64,000 nucleotides of DNA from Minisyncoccota bacterium (lineage in GTDB: Bacteria > Patescibacteriota > Minisyncoccia > Phycocordibacterales > UBA2100). Of the stretch, positions 29,781-39,360 are shown one piece after another. Below the pieces are notes generated by a model that was not told the DNA's origin, made no database searches, and saw only the letters and a list, made by a program, of their open reading frames with translations. Made by a program: the position numbers and the translations under genes. Within the stretch, counting starts at the first letter, position 1, and each line of letters opens with the position of its first letter. Where the stretch lies: NCBI GenBank assembly GCA_031291875.1, contig JARLIE010000183.1, forward strand, positions 129,356 through 193,355, read 5' to 3'.

Positions 29781-29924
29781 TTATTTGACGCGCTTGCGGA
29801 ACTTTACCGAACCGCGACGCACGCCTTTCTTCGCTATCATCACTTTCTTCGCTGCCAAGCGCTTTCCCGTTTTGCGAGAACGCGACTCTCTGTTTTTAAT
29901 ATCCTGATTCGGTCGTTTTGCCAT
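29781..29924 (-). CDS. Very basic small protein (47 aa)
   Basis: MAKRPNQDIK...RKRVK; TATACT 6 nt upstream of the ATG; heads the zf-UBP/GIY-YIG string. Confidence 0.65.
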   Translation of the reverse strand: MAKRPNQDIKNRESRSRKTGKRLAAKKVMIAKKGVRRGSVKFRKRVK

Positions 29925-30152
29925 TCCAGAAGTATACCTCGGATTATCGAGCCATTTGCCACCGTACGGTTTTTGGGTACTTTGCGCCTTGTGCTTGTGT
30001 CGCACTGCTCCCGGCGTCCCGCGCCTCGTGGCATCCGCCCTGCTCCTGTATTGCTGCCGTTTGGCTTCCGTCTTTTTGAGTCCGTTCATGGCCCAAGAGT
30101 AGCGGGGTCCGACGGAAGGACCGGTGAAGTTTAATGTTTGTAAACATGGGAA

Positions 30153-30186
30153 AGCACAACGCCCCGCGTATGCGGGGCGTTGTGCT
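30153..30186 (-). terminator. Intrinsic terminator
   Basis: agcacaacgccccgc-gtat-gcggggcgttgtgct. Confidence 0.7.
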
Positions 30187-30200
30187 GATCAAAGGAAGAA

Positions 30201-30359
30201 TTAGAGTTTCTCCTCCTGCGCCTCGATATCGTTCTTCGTCTTTTCAGCAGCGGCCTTCGTGTCTACCCACGCGTTCTTTACATTTTTCTTTCCTTCCACG
30301 TAAGCGTCCTTCGCCTTATCCGTAATAGATTCTTCCTCATTCAACTCATCGTTTGCCAT
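30201..30359 (-). CDS. Small hydrophilic LEA/CsbD-like protein (52 aa)
   Basis: Hand translation MANDELNEEESITDKAKDAYVEGKKNVKNAWVDTKAAAEKTKNDIEAQEEKL; followed by a terminator. Confidence 0.65.
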   Translation of the reverse strand: MANDELNEEESITDKAKDAYVEGKKNVKNAWVDTKAAAEKTKNDIEAQEEKL

Positions 30360-30438
30360 AGAGTGAATTCGTTATCTCTGCTATGTACTGAGCGTAACTT
30401 CAGTGACGTGAAGAACGGATGTAGGCTGCGCCGTAAAC

Positions 30439-30924
30439 CTACTTCGAAAGTTCCAAAAGCAGATCTTCCAGATCGAGCGGCACTGTGACCATTTCCACTT
30501 GGCCATCGTTGCTCACTTTCCACGTATTGCGCGGACGATCTGCATAGAGCTCGACGCCGTTGCCGTCTGGGTCGTCCAAATAAATTGCTTCGGAAACGCC
30601 GTGATCCGCAGCACCCGTGATTGGATACTCCGCATCGGCCAAATTCTTGAGCGCCTGTGCAAGCTCGCGCCTGGTCGGATACAAAATCGCAAAGTGATAC
30701 AAGCCCGCGTGCCCCTTGGGCGCCGGAGAGGCGCCGACTCCCTGCCAGGTGTTTAAAGCGATGTGATGATGATACCCGCCGGCCGAAAGAAATACCGCCG
30801 AATCGCCGTAGCGAGCCGTCACCTCAAACCCCAAAATATCCCGATAAAACCCGAGTGCCCGCTCCAAATCCCCGACGTGCAAATGCACATGGCCAATTAC
30901 CGTCTCCGCGTGTGCCTTTTTCAT
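30439..30924 (-). CDS. VOC/glyoxalase family protein (CatE-like)
   Basis: GHVHL.V.DL, GGYHHHIALN, GLYHFA, DHGVSEAIYL.DPDGNGVELY. Confidence 0.92.
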   Translation of the reverse strand: MKKAHAETVIGHVHLHVGDLERALGFYRDILGFEVTARYGDSAVFLSAGGYHHHIALNTWQGVGASPAPKGHAGLYHFAILYPTRRELAQALKNLADAEYPITGAADHGVSEAIYLDDPDGNGVELYADRPRNTWKVSNDGQVEMVTVPLDLEDLLLELSK

Positions 30925-30980
30925 TCATTTAGTTTAACAGGACATTCTATGATGTCCCTACGGGGGCTAAATATGCGTGT

Positions 30981-31343
30981 TCAGAGCTCCGTGTACTTCG
31001 TATGCCGGCCCTTAGATTTGGAGACGGGGTATTTTTTTGCGTTCTTTTTCATCTTTGCGAGGAACGCCTTTTTGAGCTCGATATGGAGATCATTCGCGAG
31101 GTACAGTAGATAGCACAAGACATCGGCGAGCTCGTCGCCGATTTCGCTTTTGTGGGTCTTTATATGCTGCCGAACTTCCTCCTGAGATTTCCATTGAAAA
31201 TGCTCCATCACCTCGGCCGCCTCCAAGACGAGCGAAAGTGCCACGTCCTTGGGGGTATGGAATTGCTCCCAGTCCCGATCTGCTCGGAACTTCACTGCGA
31301 CTTTCTGGAGCTTTTGGAGCTCGCTTAGGGTCTTTTTGGCCAT
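30981..31343 (-). CDS. MazG-like nucleotide pyrophosphohydrolase (DCTPP1-type)
   Basis: RDWEQFHTPK, EAAEV.E.FQW, DELADV, KYP. Confidence 0.92.
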   Translation of the reverse strand: MAKKTLSELQKLQKVAVKFRADRDWEQFHTPKDVALSLVLEAAEVMEHFQWKSQEEVRQHIKTHKSEIGDELADVLCYLLYLANDLHIELKKAFLAKMKKNAKKYPVSKSKGRHTKYTEL

Positions 31344-31377
31344 GCACCGAAATCATGGCATACATCTCCATTCCAAA

Positions 31378-32052
31378 CTAGAGCAGCCCGCGTTTGGCTC
31401 GGCCGGAGTGCGCGGAGCACTTGAGAGATACAGAAGTCGTGCCCGCGAAATGAAGATCGGATTCGGTATAGCACTCGGTGCAGCGGCCTTTGTCGCGTTT
31501 CCATACCTCCGCCTTGATCGCCGCGGGAATGAGCCGCTCGATGCGATCCGGGTCGTGCTCGTCGTAGCCGCCGCGCGTCTCGGCGAGCGTTAGATAAAAT
31601 TTGAACACTTTGCGGCCACTCTCGCTTACCTGCCGAGCGTCTATGAGATCGAAGATGCCTTTGTCGAAAAAGACGCCGGCGTCGATCTTTTCATAGACCT
31701 GGATCTGGAGCGGCTCTTTGCGTATGCCGTCTTTAAAGGCATTGGCGGCTTTGAGAAATTTGCCGTTGTCGGTGAGCTTGCCGCTTTCGTACATCGCGAG
31801 CTGGTCCACAGATTTGCCGCTCTCGAGAGTCGTCGAGTCGTGGCCCTCGAATATGAATTGCTGGTTCTCATCGTCCCAGAGATCGACATAGCCGCGCTCG
31901 CGCGGAATTACGAGAAAGACGGAAAGCATGAATTCGTCGTCGCGAAAGTTCATACTCTTGTGAAGTTCGACGCCTTCGCGCGCGATTACCTCAGCCGCCG
32001 AAATAATCGGCGAACGACTCCTTGGCGTTGGATCTCCCAGAAAGTTCGACAT
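31378..32052 (-). CDS. SRA-like domain plus degenerate HNH domain protein
   Basis: Y.D.....FEGHD...DQ....LT.NG...VYEK N-domain; IP..IK..VWKRD.GRC..C....LHF...C..H lacking the DH..P...GG....N core. Confidence 0.7.
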   Translation of the reverse strand: MSNFLGDPTPRSRSPIISAAEVIAREGVELHKSMNFRDDEFMLSVFLVIPRERGYVDLWDDENQQFIFEGHDSTTLESGKSVDQLAMYESGKLTDNGKFLKAANAFKDGIRKEPLQIQVYEKIDAGVFFDKGIFDLIDARQVSESGRKVFKFYLTLAETRGGYDEHDPDRIERLIPAAIKAEVWKRDKGRCTECYTESDLHFAGTTSVSLKCSAHSGRAKRGLL

Positions 32053-32061
32053 GTTGCAAGC

Positions 32062-32784
32062 TTAGCTTTGGGCCAAAAAGTGCTCAAGGGTGTAGATCCA
32101 GTCCTCCTCGCCTTCTCCTTCCTTTTTCTTTTCTTTCAAAAGCCATTCCAAGTAGCCGCGGTCTTGCCTCGCGATTTCCTCAATGCGCTTTCCCTTGTGC
32201 TTGCCGAAGCGGATCGTCGTGAAGAGTTTCGGTTTGGAGGAGATATCGAGCATTTCTTTGACGGCCAACTCTTCAGAACCGAGCTGCGCGGTGAGTTTGG
32301 CAAGAAGGTGTTCGAAGAGCGCTTCGAGCACGAGCACGTCGCCGAAGGCATCGTGCGCGTTCGCCTCCACCTCGATGCCGAGCGCGTAGCGTAGATATTG
32401 CAAACTGTAGTGCGAAAAGGCGCTCTCCGTATCGATCGTCGAGGCGACTTTGTAGGTGCAGATAACGTTGCGCGGTCGGATGCCCTCGCGGCGCAAAATA
32501 GCAACGTCAAAAGAGGCGTTGTGCGCGACCGTGACGACTTCCTCGTGTTCGAAATCATCTTTGATCTTTTGGTACTCGGGCGTCTCCTGAAACGCAGGTC
32601 GATCGGCCACCATTTTCTCCGTTATGTGGTGGATCGCCATGGCCTCAAACGTAATCGGCAGCGGTGGTCTGTAGAGCTCGTTGAGATACGGCGCTTCTAT
32701 GCCGCGTTCCTTGATGCCCAATTGGCACAGGCGGTCGCCATCAGCGTTGCCGGTCGTTTCGGTGTCGAAAAAGAGGGTCCTCAC
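32062..32784 (-). CDS. DEDDh 3'-5' exonuclease (ExoX/DnaQ-like) with C-terminal DUF3820-like domain
   Basis: FDTETTG, AHNA.FD, AHDA..D, FGKHKG....I......YL.W. Confidence 0.92.
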   Translation of the reverse strand: MRTLFFDTETTGNADGDRLCQLGIKERGIEAPYLNELYRPPLPITFEAMAIHHITEKMVADRPAFQETPEYQKIKDDFEHEEVVTVAHNASFDVAILRREGIRPRNVICTYKVASTIDTESAFSHYSLQYLRYALGIEVEANAHDAFGDVLVLEALFEHLLAKLTAQLGSEELAVKEMLDISSKPKLFTTIRFGKHKGKRIEEIARQDRGYLEWLLKEKKKEGEGEEDWIYTLEHFLAQS

Positions 32785-32878
32785 ACCTCTAGTGTAGCCG
32801 ATGCATCGAGATGAGCCAATTTGGGCCTTGACACCTTTTTGCTATCTGCTACCTTTACATGACAAGGTACTATATTTT

Positions 32879-33202
32879 ATGGAGAAGCAAGACTCATTTG
32901 AAGCAATTCGACGTGGGCTCCTCGAGTTTGTCGTGCTCACCGTCATCTCGAGAGAAGACGTCTATTCGGCGGATATCCTGGCGGCACTCGCCGATACGGA
33001 ATTCAAAACGCAGGAAGGGACGCTCTATCCCCTACTCTCAAAGCTGCGCCGCGAAGAACTGCTCGATTACAAGTGGGAGGAATCCCAAACGGGGCCGCCG
33101 CGCAAATACTATTCGTTGACACCTCAAGGCAAGCAACGGCTGGAAAACCTAACGAGCTACTGGAACGACATTACCAAAACCATTAAAAGCATCGGCAAAT
33201 AA
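32879..33202 (+). CDS. PadR family transcriptional regulator
   Basis: EGTLYPLLS.L, GPPRKYY.LT..G. Confidence 0.95.
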   Translation: MEKQDSFEAIRRGLLEFVVLTVISREDVYSADILAALADTEFKTQEGTLYPLLSKLRREELLDYKWEESQTGPPRKYYSLTPQGKQRLENLTSYWNDITKTIKSIGK

Positions 33203-33212
33203 CGAACCATCT

Positions 33213-34325
33213 ATGAACAAAGTAATCGCGATCAATTTGGGAGGCAGAGCCTACCAGCTCGAAGAAGCGGGCTATGAGGCACTGCGCGCGTACCTCGACC
33301 AAGCATCGCAGCGCCTTGCGGACGACCCAGGCAAAGCCGAGATCATCGCGGATCTGGAGCAAGCAATTGCGGAGAAATGCGACAAGGTTTTGAATCCCAA
33401 CAAATCCGTCGTCCTCACCAACGAGGTTGCTCGCATCATCCAAGAGATGGGGCCCGTCGAAGGGCAAGACAAGGCCGAAAATGTCGGTGCGAAGAATGAG
33501 TACATAGGGCCGCGAGCTCCCCGCCGTTTCTTCCTGATTCGCGAAGACGCCGTGCTCGCGGGGGTTTGTACCGGTCTTGCCGCGTACTTCGACATTGATG
33601 TCACCTTGGTGCGCCTGCTCTTCATTCTGCTCACCGTTCTCACCGGGGGAATCTGGGTGCTCCTCTATCTCGCGCTCGCGATCCTCGTCCCCTATGCCGA
33701 CACTGCCGAGACCCGCGCGCAGGCTCGAGGCGAAGCATTCAATGCAGAAGCGCTCGTGCAACGCGCCAAAGAGCGTTGGAGCGAAGGCTACGAGCGCGTG
33801 ACTGGTTCGAAATTCGATTGGAACGATATGAACACGGCGCACGAGAATCACCGCAAATGGAAACAGATGCGCAAAATGCAAAAATGGCAGTGGAAACAGG
33901 AGTGGAAACGAGAGCGAAGCCATTGGAACCCTGCGTACGGACTGGTGCGTGCGATCCTCGCGCTCGTGTGGATAGGTGCACTCATCTCACTCATAACGAA
34001 AGGTGCGATCTTCGGAATTGCGGTGACGATCATCCCGATCTGGCTCGCTGTCTTCTTGCTCTTTATCGTTTTCTTTATGATCACCGGTCCGATGCAGGCC
34101 GCGCACTCATATGGAAGATACGATCCCACCGGGGTCTACCACTACCAGTACGAATACCGTAGCGATCCATTCGACGGTTTCGTCGGGGTTATTACGGCCA
34201 TCTTCCTCATCGTGGCTTTTCTCTGGGCCTATCACGACGTGCCACAGTTCTACTTCTTCCTGCACCATCCGATCGCGGGGACAAAGGAGCTCTTCGCGTA
34301 CGTCGGCTCGCTCTGGCAGCGCTAG
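33213..34325 (+). CDS. PspC domain membrane protein
   Basis: MNKVI.INL.G, AGVC.GLA.YF.ID..LVR. Confidence 0.9.
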   Translation: MNKVIAINLGGRAYQLEEAGYEALRAYLDQASQRLADDPGKAEIIADLEQAIAEKCDKVLNPNKSVVLTNEVARIIQEMGPVEGQDKAENVGAKNEYIGPRAPRRFFLIREDAVLAGVCTGLAAYFDIDVTLVRLLFILLTVLTGGIWVLLYLALAILVPYADTAETRAQARGEAFNAEALVQRAKERWSEGYERVTGSKFDWNDMNTAHENHRKWKQMRKMQKWQWKQEWKRERSHWNPAYGLVRAILALVWIGALISLITKGAIFGIAVTIIPIWLAVFLLFIVFFMITGPMQAAHSYGRYDPTGVYHYQYEYRSDPFDGFVGVITAIFLIVAFLWAYHDVPQFYFFLHHPIAGTKELFAYVGSLWQR

Positions 34326-34398
34326 AAAACTGCTTTACAGTGCTTGTACGCGGTGGTAGGTTTCGGATAGCCGGAACAACTACGCGAAAGGATTCTCG

Positions 34399-34872
34399 AT
34401 GATAACCAGGAGAAAGCTGATCGTAACTTCACTGATGTCGATGCCCGCGCTCTTGCTTCGCAGTAGCGACGGCCGAGCCGACGACGAATCGATGATCGAA
34501 TTGAAAGGCGCCGCCCCAACGTTTGAAGGCACACCGATGGGGTCTGCGCCGGGTGATTACGGATATCGACACGACCTCTATCACGCGGACTACCAAGCCC
34601 TCTTCGGCGCGAGCGGTCACTGCAGTTGCGGGAGCGGTGATTGCAGGGTCACGATTTGGCGAGAAACGAAACTCGATAGTCCGATGGGCTATGACATCGT
34701 CGCGTGGCGCAATTGGTATCCGCTACCCGCAAACGTCTGGATGCCGGATACCAGCTCAAATATTCCGCTGGAGTTGTACCGTGAATGGGCACATGTCTGT
34801 GCGTACAGAATCGGCTATAACAGCAACGCACCGACCATCGCCTGCGCGCTGATCAACAAGAAACAAGCTTGA
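34399..34872 (+). CDS. Secreted Cys/His-rich hypothetical protein with a twin-arginine-like signal
   Basis: MITRRKLI...GRA; HDLYH, CSCGSGDCR, AHVC, IAC. Confidence 0.65.
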   Translation: MITRRKLIVTSLMSMPALLLRSSDGRADDESMIELKGAAPTFEGTPMGSAPGDYGYRHDLYHADYQALFGASGHCSCGSGDCRVTIWRETKLDSPMGYDIVAWRNWYPLPANVWMPDTSSNIPLELYREWAHVCAYRIGYNSNAPTIACALINKKQA

Positions 34873-34877
34873 AGCAC

Positions 34878-34901
34878 AGGCCCCGCGAAAACGCGGGGCC
34901 T
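34878..34901. terminator. Bidirectional terminator
   Basis: aggccccgcg-aaaa-cgcggggcct between convergent genes. Confidence 0.7.
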
Positions 34902-34904
34902 TTG

Positions 34905-35441
34905 TTATTGCACGCGCACGAACGCAAGCGTGTTGCCTCGAGCAAGGTAACTGAGCTGCAGATTCGTGCCGCTCGCTTCGAGCACGCTGTAGTAGAGGGT
35001 CGATTTCCCTTCTTTGACGACGGTATATACGGTGCCGGGAACGATGGTCGAGTCGAAGCCAGGATCCGGGTTCGCGCTCGTGAAAATTTTGTAGGTGCCA
35101 GTTTCGGAAACACTGCTCGAAGCATCACCGCCTTTGTATTTGTCGGTCCACTTGCCGTCGGCAGTGATAACAACCGTGTAGTTGGGATCGTCGACCGATT
35201 GCCAGGTTCCGACCACGTTCGTCGCGACCGTCGAAGGATCAAGCGGTGGCGTCGGACTCGTTGCCGTTGAGTCGGTGCCAGAAGCGGAGGTATCTACTGG
35301 AGTCTGCGTGCTGCCCTGTTGTAGTTGGGCGGTATCGTTTGCTGCGGTCGGTTCAGTGTGCTGTCGGTACCCTAAGAGCCATGCGCCTACCGCGACCAGA
35401 ATGATCACGAGAATGATGACGGGCGTGCGCAAATTGTTCAT
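34905..35441 (-). CDS. Membrane-anchored hypothetical protein (lipocalin-like beta domain)
   Basis: TM, T/S/P linker, VGTWQS.DD, RGNTL.F. Confidence 0.75.
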   Translation of the reverse strand: MNNLRTPVIILVIILVAVGAWLLGYRQHTEPTAANDTAQLQQGSTQTPVDTSASGTDSTATSPTPPLDPSTVATNVVGTWQSVDDPNYTVVITADGKWTDKYKGGDASSSVSETGTYKIFTSANPDPGFDSTIVPGTVYTVVKEGKSTLYYSVLEASGTNLQLSYLARGNTLAFVRVQ

Positions 35442-35447
35442 GGCGAT

Positions 35448-35843
35448 TTATTTTTCCTCTAAATCTAAACAAACGGAATTGATGCAGTACCGCTTTCCTG
35501 ATTTGGTCGGTCCGTCGTCGAAGACGTGCCCCAAGTGCGAGCCGCAGCGCGCGCAGGTGATTTCGGTGCGTACCATCCCATGCGAATTATCGACGTGCGT
35601 CTCAATCGCGCCCGGCAGCGCTTCGTCGAAGGAGGGCCAGCCGGTGCCGCTGTCGAACTGTGCATCGGAGGAGAAGAGCGGATTGCCGCATACCTTGCAC
35701 GCGTAGGTGCCATCTTCGGTCTTGTGCACGTACTCGCCTGAAAAAGGCGCCTCGGTGCCGCGCTCGCGCAAAACGGCGTACTCATCGGGACTAAGCATCT
35801 TCTTGATCTCATCTTCGTTTTCAGGCATCGGTCGCTGTGTCAT
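35448..35843 (-). CDS. msrB: Peptide-methionine (R)-S-oxide reductase
   Basis: GTE.PF, FDSGTGWPSF, HLGHVF.DGP, RYCINS. Confidence 0.97.
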   Translation of the reverse strand: MTQRPMPENEDEIKKMLSPDEYAVLRERGTEAPFSGEYVHKTEDGTYACKVCGNPLFSSDAQFDSGTGWPSFDEALPGAIETHVDNSHGMVRTEITCARCGSHLGHVFDDGPTKSGKRYCINSVCLDLEEK

Positions 35844-35900
35844 GCCAAGTAGTATAGCAAAAAGCAGGCGGGGGTACTGTATCCCACCTGCTTGAGTTCG

Positions 35901-36410
35901 TCACCCCTCAACGCGCAATAGGCTTTCCAAAGAGCCAACGGTTCTTAAATCTTTATAGATCATAGACCTGTTGATACCGCACTCCCTTTCGAGTTCCGGA
36001 ACCGTATTGCAGCCTCGCACCTTTACTGCGGTCTTGTAAGCTGCAGTACGCGTTAGGAAATGCGCCGTTCCCGCGGTGAGCACGCCAACTGCGTGTACCC
36101 AGTCAGGGTGGCGCAAAAAAATCATGGTTATCGCTCTCCTTTGTATACCGGTTTGTTCTGCCAAAGCTTGATACGTAACGAGTTCGCCTCGTTGCCGTAT
36201 AAGCTCGGCGGCTTGCATGAGAACTAATCCTGGAAACCGAAGGTCTGCATTAAAACTGTTCAGTTCCTTATGGAGCTGCCGCCCCTGAACAAAGGCATTC
36301 ATTTCTCTGCATGAACACCCCAGTTTACGAGCAAGTCTTTTACCGGTTACTCCGAGGCCCGCCTGCGACAACTCACTCGCGGCACGCCGAACATTCGCGA
36401 TAGTAAGCAT
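35901..36410 (-). CDS. Hypothetical protein with repeated HTH-like segments
   Basis: LARKLGCS, LAEQTGIQR, LERECGINRS.IYK; AGGAG SD. Confidence 0.55.
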   Translation of the reverse strand: MLTIANVRRAASELSQAGLGVTGKRLARKLGCSCREMNAFVQGRQLHKELNSFNADLRFPGLVLMQAAELIRQRGELVTYQALAEQTGIQRRAITMIFLRHPDWVHAVGVLTAGTAHFLTRTAAYKTAVKVRGCNTVPELERECGINRSMIYKDLRTVGSLESLLRVEG

Positions 36411-36529
36411 AGCTGTCTCCTGCACAAGAACGAGAATGTATCTTCTCATTTTTTATCAGCAAACTTCGCTACTGTCGAGGAATAAAAAGAAACGCGGACC
36501 GGGTTGGTCCGCGCTTGTCTTTAGGATCC

Positions 36530-36877
36530 TTAGGAGCGACATTGTCTTCGGCCGATCGTGAAATGGCCCCAAACGATCGTCTTGCTGGGATCGCAAAGTT
36601 CATATGCATGGAACTTCACGAGTCGAGACCCGATTGAGCAGCCGATGCACTCGTACGTCCACAAGAGATCTTTCGACCCCTCGTAGGGATCATGATTGAC
36701 GACCCAGGAGGTCAGCGGAAGATCGCCGAGGCATTCCCGCTTACTGACCTTGAGTCGAAGTTCCTGCATGATGTGGCCCGCGGATCCAACGAGCTGCCCG
36801 AATGTGAGCGACGGCCAGCTCATCGGTTCGGGACGAGAATTAGTAAAACGAATAGTCGCAGTCTCGGTGCGTATCAT
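36530..36877 (-). CDS. Hypothetical protein (orphan)
   Basis: GAAGGAGGT SD; hairpin downstream. Confidence 0.55.
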   Translation of the reverse strand: MIRTETATIRFTNSRPEPMSWPSLTFGQLVGSAGHIMQELRLKVSKRECLGDLPLTSWVVNHDPYEGSKDLLWTYECIGCSIGSRLVKFHAYELCDPSKTIVWGHFTIGRRQCRS

Positions 36878-36994
36878 CGACACCTCCTTCTATTACTCTG
36901 CTATCGAGACTATACCCGCATCCGCAGCTCGTCAATTTTGAAGCAAGAAGATCCCCGGCGAAAATCGCCGGGGATCCAAAGACGGGCCGAATCG

Positions 36995-37414
36995 TCAGTA
37001 GCTCGCGACCTTGCGACACTGGTAGGACTCGTAGCCGGCGTTCGAGGCCTTGTTCAAGGCCACATCGTCGGAAACGCCCTGCCCGGAGCCGCCGAGAAAG
37101 TAGTCGTCGTCGCACTTCATGACCGAGATGTCCCAGTCGCTGGGAACGGAGATGGCATTGCCGCACGAGACGCCGGTGGTGCGTTCGCATTTGGAAATCG
37201 CCGCCGCCTTGGCGTCGTTCTCGTAGCCCTTGGCGTCAGACCTGAAGATGCGCCCGCCGACCCGCGAGACCGCAATCGAGACCCACTGCACGTCGTCGCT
37301 CGCAACGACACGCGAAGGGGCCGCCTGCGGAGTGATTTCCCCCGCTTTCACCGAACCGGCGCCGATCAGAAGTCCACCCGCAATAAGACAAAAGAGCAAT
37401 GGAGTGTTTCGCAT
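36995..37414 (-). CDS. Secreted DUF4189-like protein
   Basis: Signal peptide, W.SIAVS, A...A...C.....SC, 4 Cys; AAGGAG SD; terminator hairpin ~36950-36977. Confidence 0.65.
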   Translation of the reverse strand: MRNTPLLFCLIAGGLLIGAGSVKAGEITPQAAPSRVVASDDVQWVSIAVSRVGGRIFRSDAKGYENDAKAAAISKCERTTGVSCGNAISVPSDWDISVMKCDDDYFLGGSGQGVSDDVALNKASNAGYESYQCRKVASY

Positions 37415-37501
37415 TTGAATTCTCCTTGGAATATGCGAATCGCACCGACATTGGTGCGACAGGCGGCACAGTACCATGCCGAAGACCTCGTTTCAAGAAG
37501 C

Positions 37502-39292
37502 TTAGTCTTTTCGCTTCGCGCGTGCGCGATCGATGTCGGTGAGCTGCTGCTTGCGCAAACGAACACTGAGCGGTGTGATTTCCAAATACTCGTCTTCGGC
37601 CATGACCTCCAAACCGCGCTCAATCGTGAGCTCGTACGGCGGCACCAGTTGGATCGCCTCGTCCGAAGAGGAGGAACGTACGTTGGTGAGGTTCTTGTTC
37701 TTTGTCGGGTTGACGGCCATCTCCTCGCCCTTTGAGGTATTGCCGATAACCATGCCCTCGTATACCTCCGTTGCGGGGTTGATGTAGAGAATGCCACGTT
37801 CTTGGAGATTCCACAGCGAGTAACCGAGCGCTTTGCCGGTCGCCATTGAAATCATCGAGCCGACCGCACGTTTCTTGATCTCGCCCGCGTACGGCTGGAA
37901 GCCGACGACGCGCGAAGACATGATGCCTTCGCCCTTGGTGTCGAGCACAAACTGGTTGCGATAGCCGAGCAATCCACGCGTCGGGCCCTCGAAGATGAGG
38001 CGCACCTGGTTCTCGTGGACCTTCAAGTCTTTCATGACAAATTTGCGCGTACCGAGACGCTCGATGATAGAGCCTTGGTATTCCTGCGGCGTGTCGATGA
38101 TGACTTCTTCGAACGGTTCCAATTTCTTGCCGTTCTCTTCGTGCATGATGACCTGCGGCTGCGAGACCTGCATTTCGTAGCCTTCGCGACGCATGTTCTC
38201 GAGCAAGATGGCGATGTGGAGTTCGCCGCGACCGGAAACTTTGTAGGTGTCGGTCGAATCGAAGTCGATCTTAAGACCGACGTTGATCTCGAGTTCGCGC
38301 TCGAGACGTTCGCGGATTTGGCGCGAGGTAACGAACTTACCTTCACGACCGGCGAACGGAGAGTTGTTGACGAGGAAGTTCAGGGTGATCGTCGGTTCGT
38401 CGACTTGAATGGCAGGAAGCGGTACGGCGTCTTTGTCGGCAGCAATCGTTTCGCCAATGAAAATGTCCGGGAATCCTGCGACGAGCGCGATATCACCCGC
38501 CTCGACAGTGTCCGCCTCGACACGCGCGAGCCCTTTGAAGGTGAACATTTTGATGACTTTGCCGCTGCGAGCCTCGCCGGTCGGTTTCTTTACGAACACG
38601 GTATCGCCGGTATGCAACGCGCCTTCGTAAGCACGCACGATTGCGAGGCGTCCGAGGAAGTTGTCGTAGCCGAGGTTGAACGGTTGCAGGCGGGCAGGTT
38701 TTTGCGACGCTTCGGCACTAGCAGCCGGCGGCACGTATTTCAAAATAGTTTCCAGGAGCGGCGTTAAGTCGCTGGATTCGTCTTCAAGCTTCAGCTTCGC
38801 GATACCCTGCTTGCCGATCGCATAGACGATCGGAAAATCTGCCTGTTCGTCGCTCGCACCGAGCTCAAGGAAAAGTTCGAGTACTTGGTCCTCGGCGCGC
38901 TTTGGATCGGCAGCGGGCTTGTCGATCTTATTGATGACGACGATCGGTTTGAGGCCGAGCTCGAGAGACTTTTTGAGTACGAAACGTGTTTGCGGCATCG
39001 GGCCTTCCTGCGCGTCGACGACGAGCAAGACGGAGTCGATGGAGCGCAGTACGCGTTCGACCTCCGAGCCGAAGTCGGCGTGGCCGGGCGTGTCGACGAT
39101 GTTGATCTTCGTGTCCTTATAGAAAGTCGCGGCGTTCTTGGAATAAATGGTGATGCCGCGCTCTTTTTCGAGTGTATTTGAGTCCATCGAGACACCCTCC
39201 TCGGCGACGCCCGTTTGGCGCAGCAAAGCATCGGTAAGGGTGGTCTTACCGTGGTCGACGTGCGCGATGATTGCAATGTTGCGGATATCCAT
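37502..39292 (-). CDS. typA: Translational GTPase TypA/BipA
   Basis: [39 protein letters not shown]. Confidence 0.98.
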   Translation of the reverse strand: MDIRNIAIIAHVDHGKTTLTDALLRQTGVAEEGVSMDSNTLEKERGITIYSKNAATFYKDTKINIVDTPGHADFGSEVERVLRSIDSVLLVVDAQEGPMPQTRFVLKKSLELGLKPIVVINKIDKPAADPKRAEDQVLELFLELGASDEQADFPIVYAIGKQGIAKLKLEDESSDLTPLLETILKYVPPAASAEASQKPARLQPFNLGYDNFLGRLAIVRAYEGALHTGDTVFVKKPTGEARSGKVIKMFTFKGLARVEADTVEAGDIALVAGFPDIFIGETIAADKDAVPLPAIQVDEPTITLNFLVNNSPFAGREGKFVTSRQIRERLERELEINVGLKIDFDSTDTYKVSGRGELHIAILLENMRREGYEMQVSQPQVIMHEENGKKLEPFEEVIIDTPQEYQGSIIERLGTRKFVMKDLKVHENQVRLIFEGPTRGLLGYRNQFVLDTKGEGIMSSRVVGFQPYAGEIKKRAVGSMISMATGKALGYSLWNLQERGILYINPATEVYEGMVIGNTSKGEEMAVNPTKNKNLTNVRSSSSDEAIQLVPPYELTIERGLEVMAEDEYLEITPLSVRLRKQQLTDIDRARAKRKD

Positions 39293-39360
39293 AAAATGAA
39301 AAGGCCAACGCGGCCAGTGCGCAATGTATAGCACAAAAACTCTCTCTATGCGAGTTCTCG

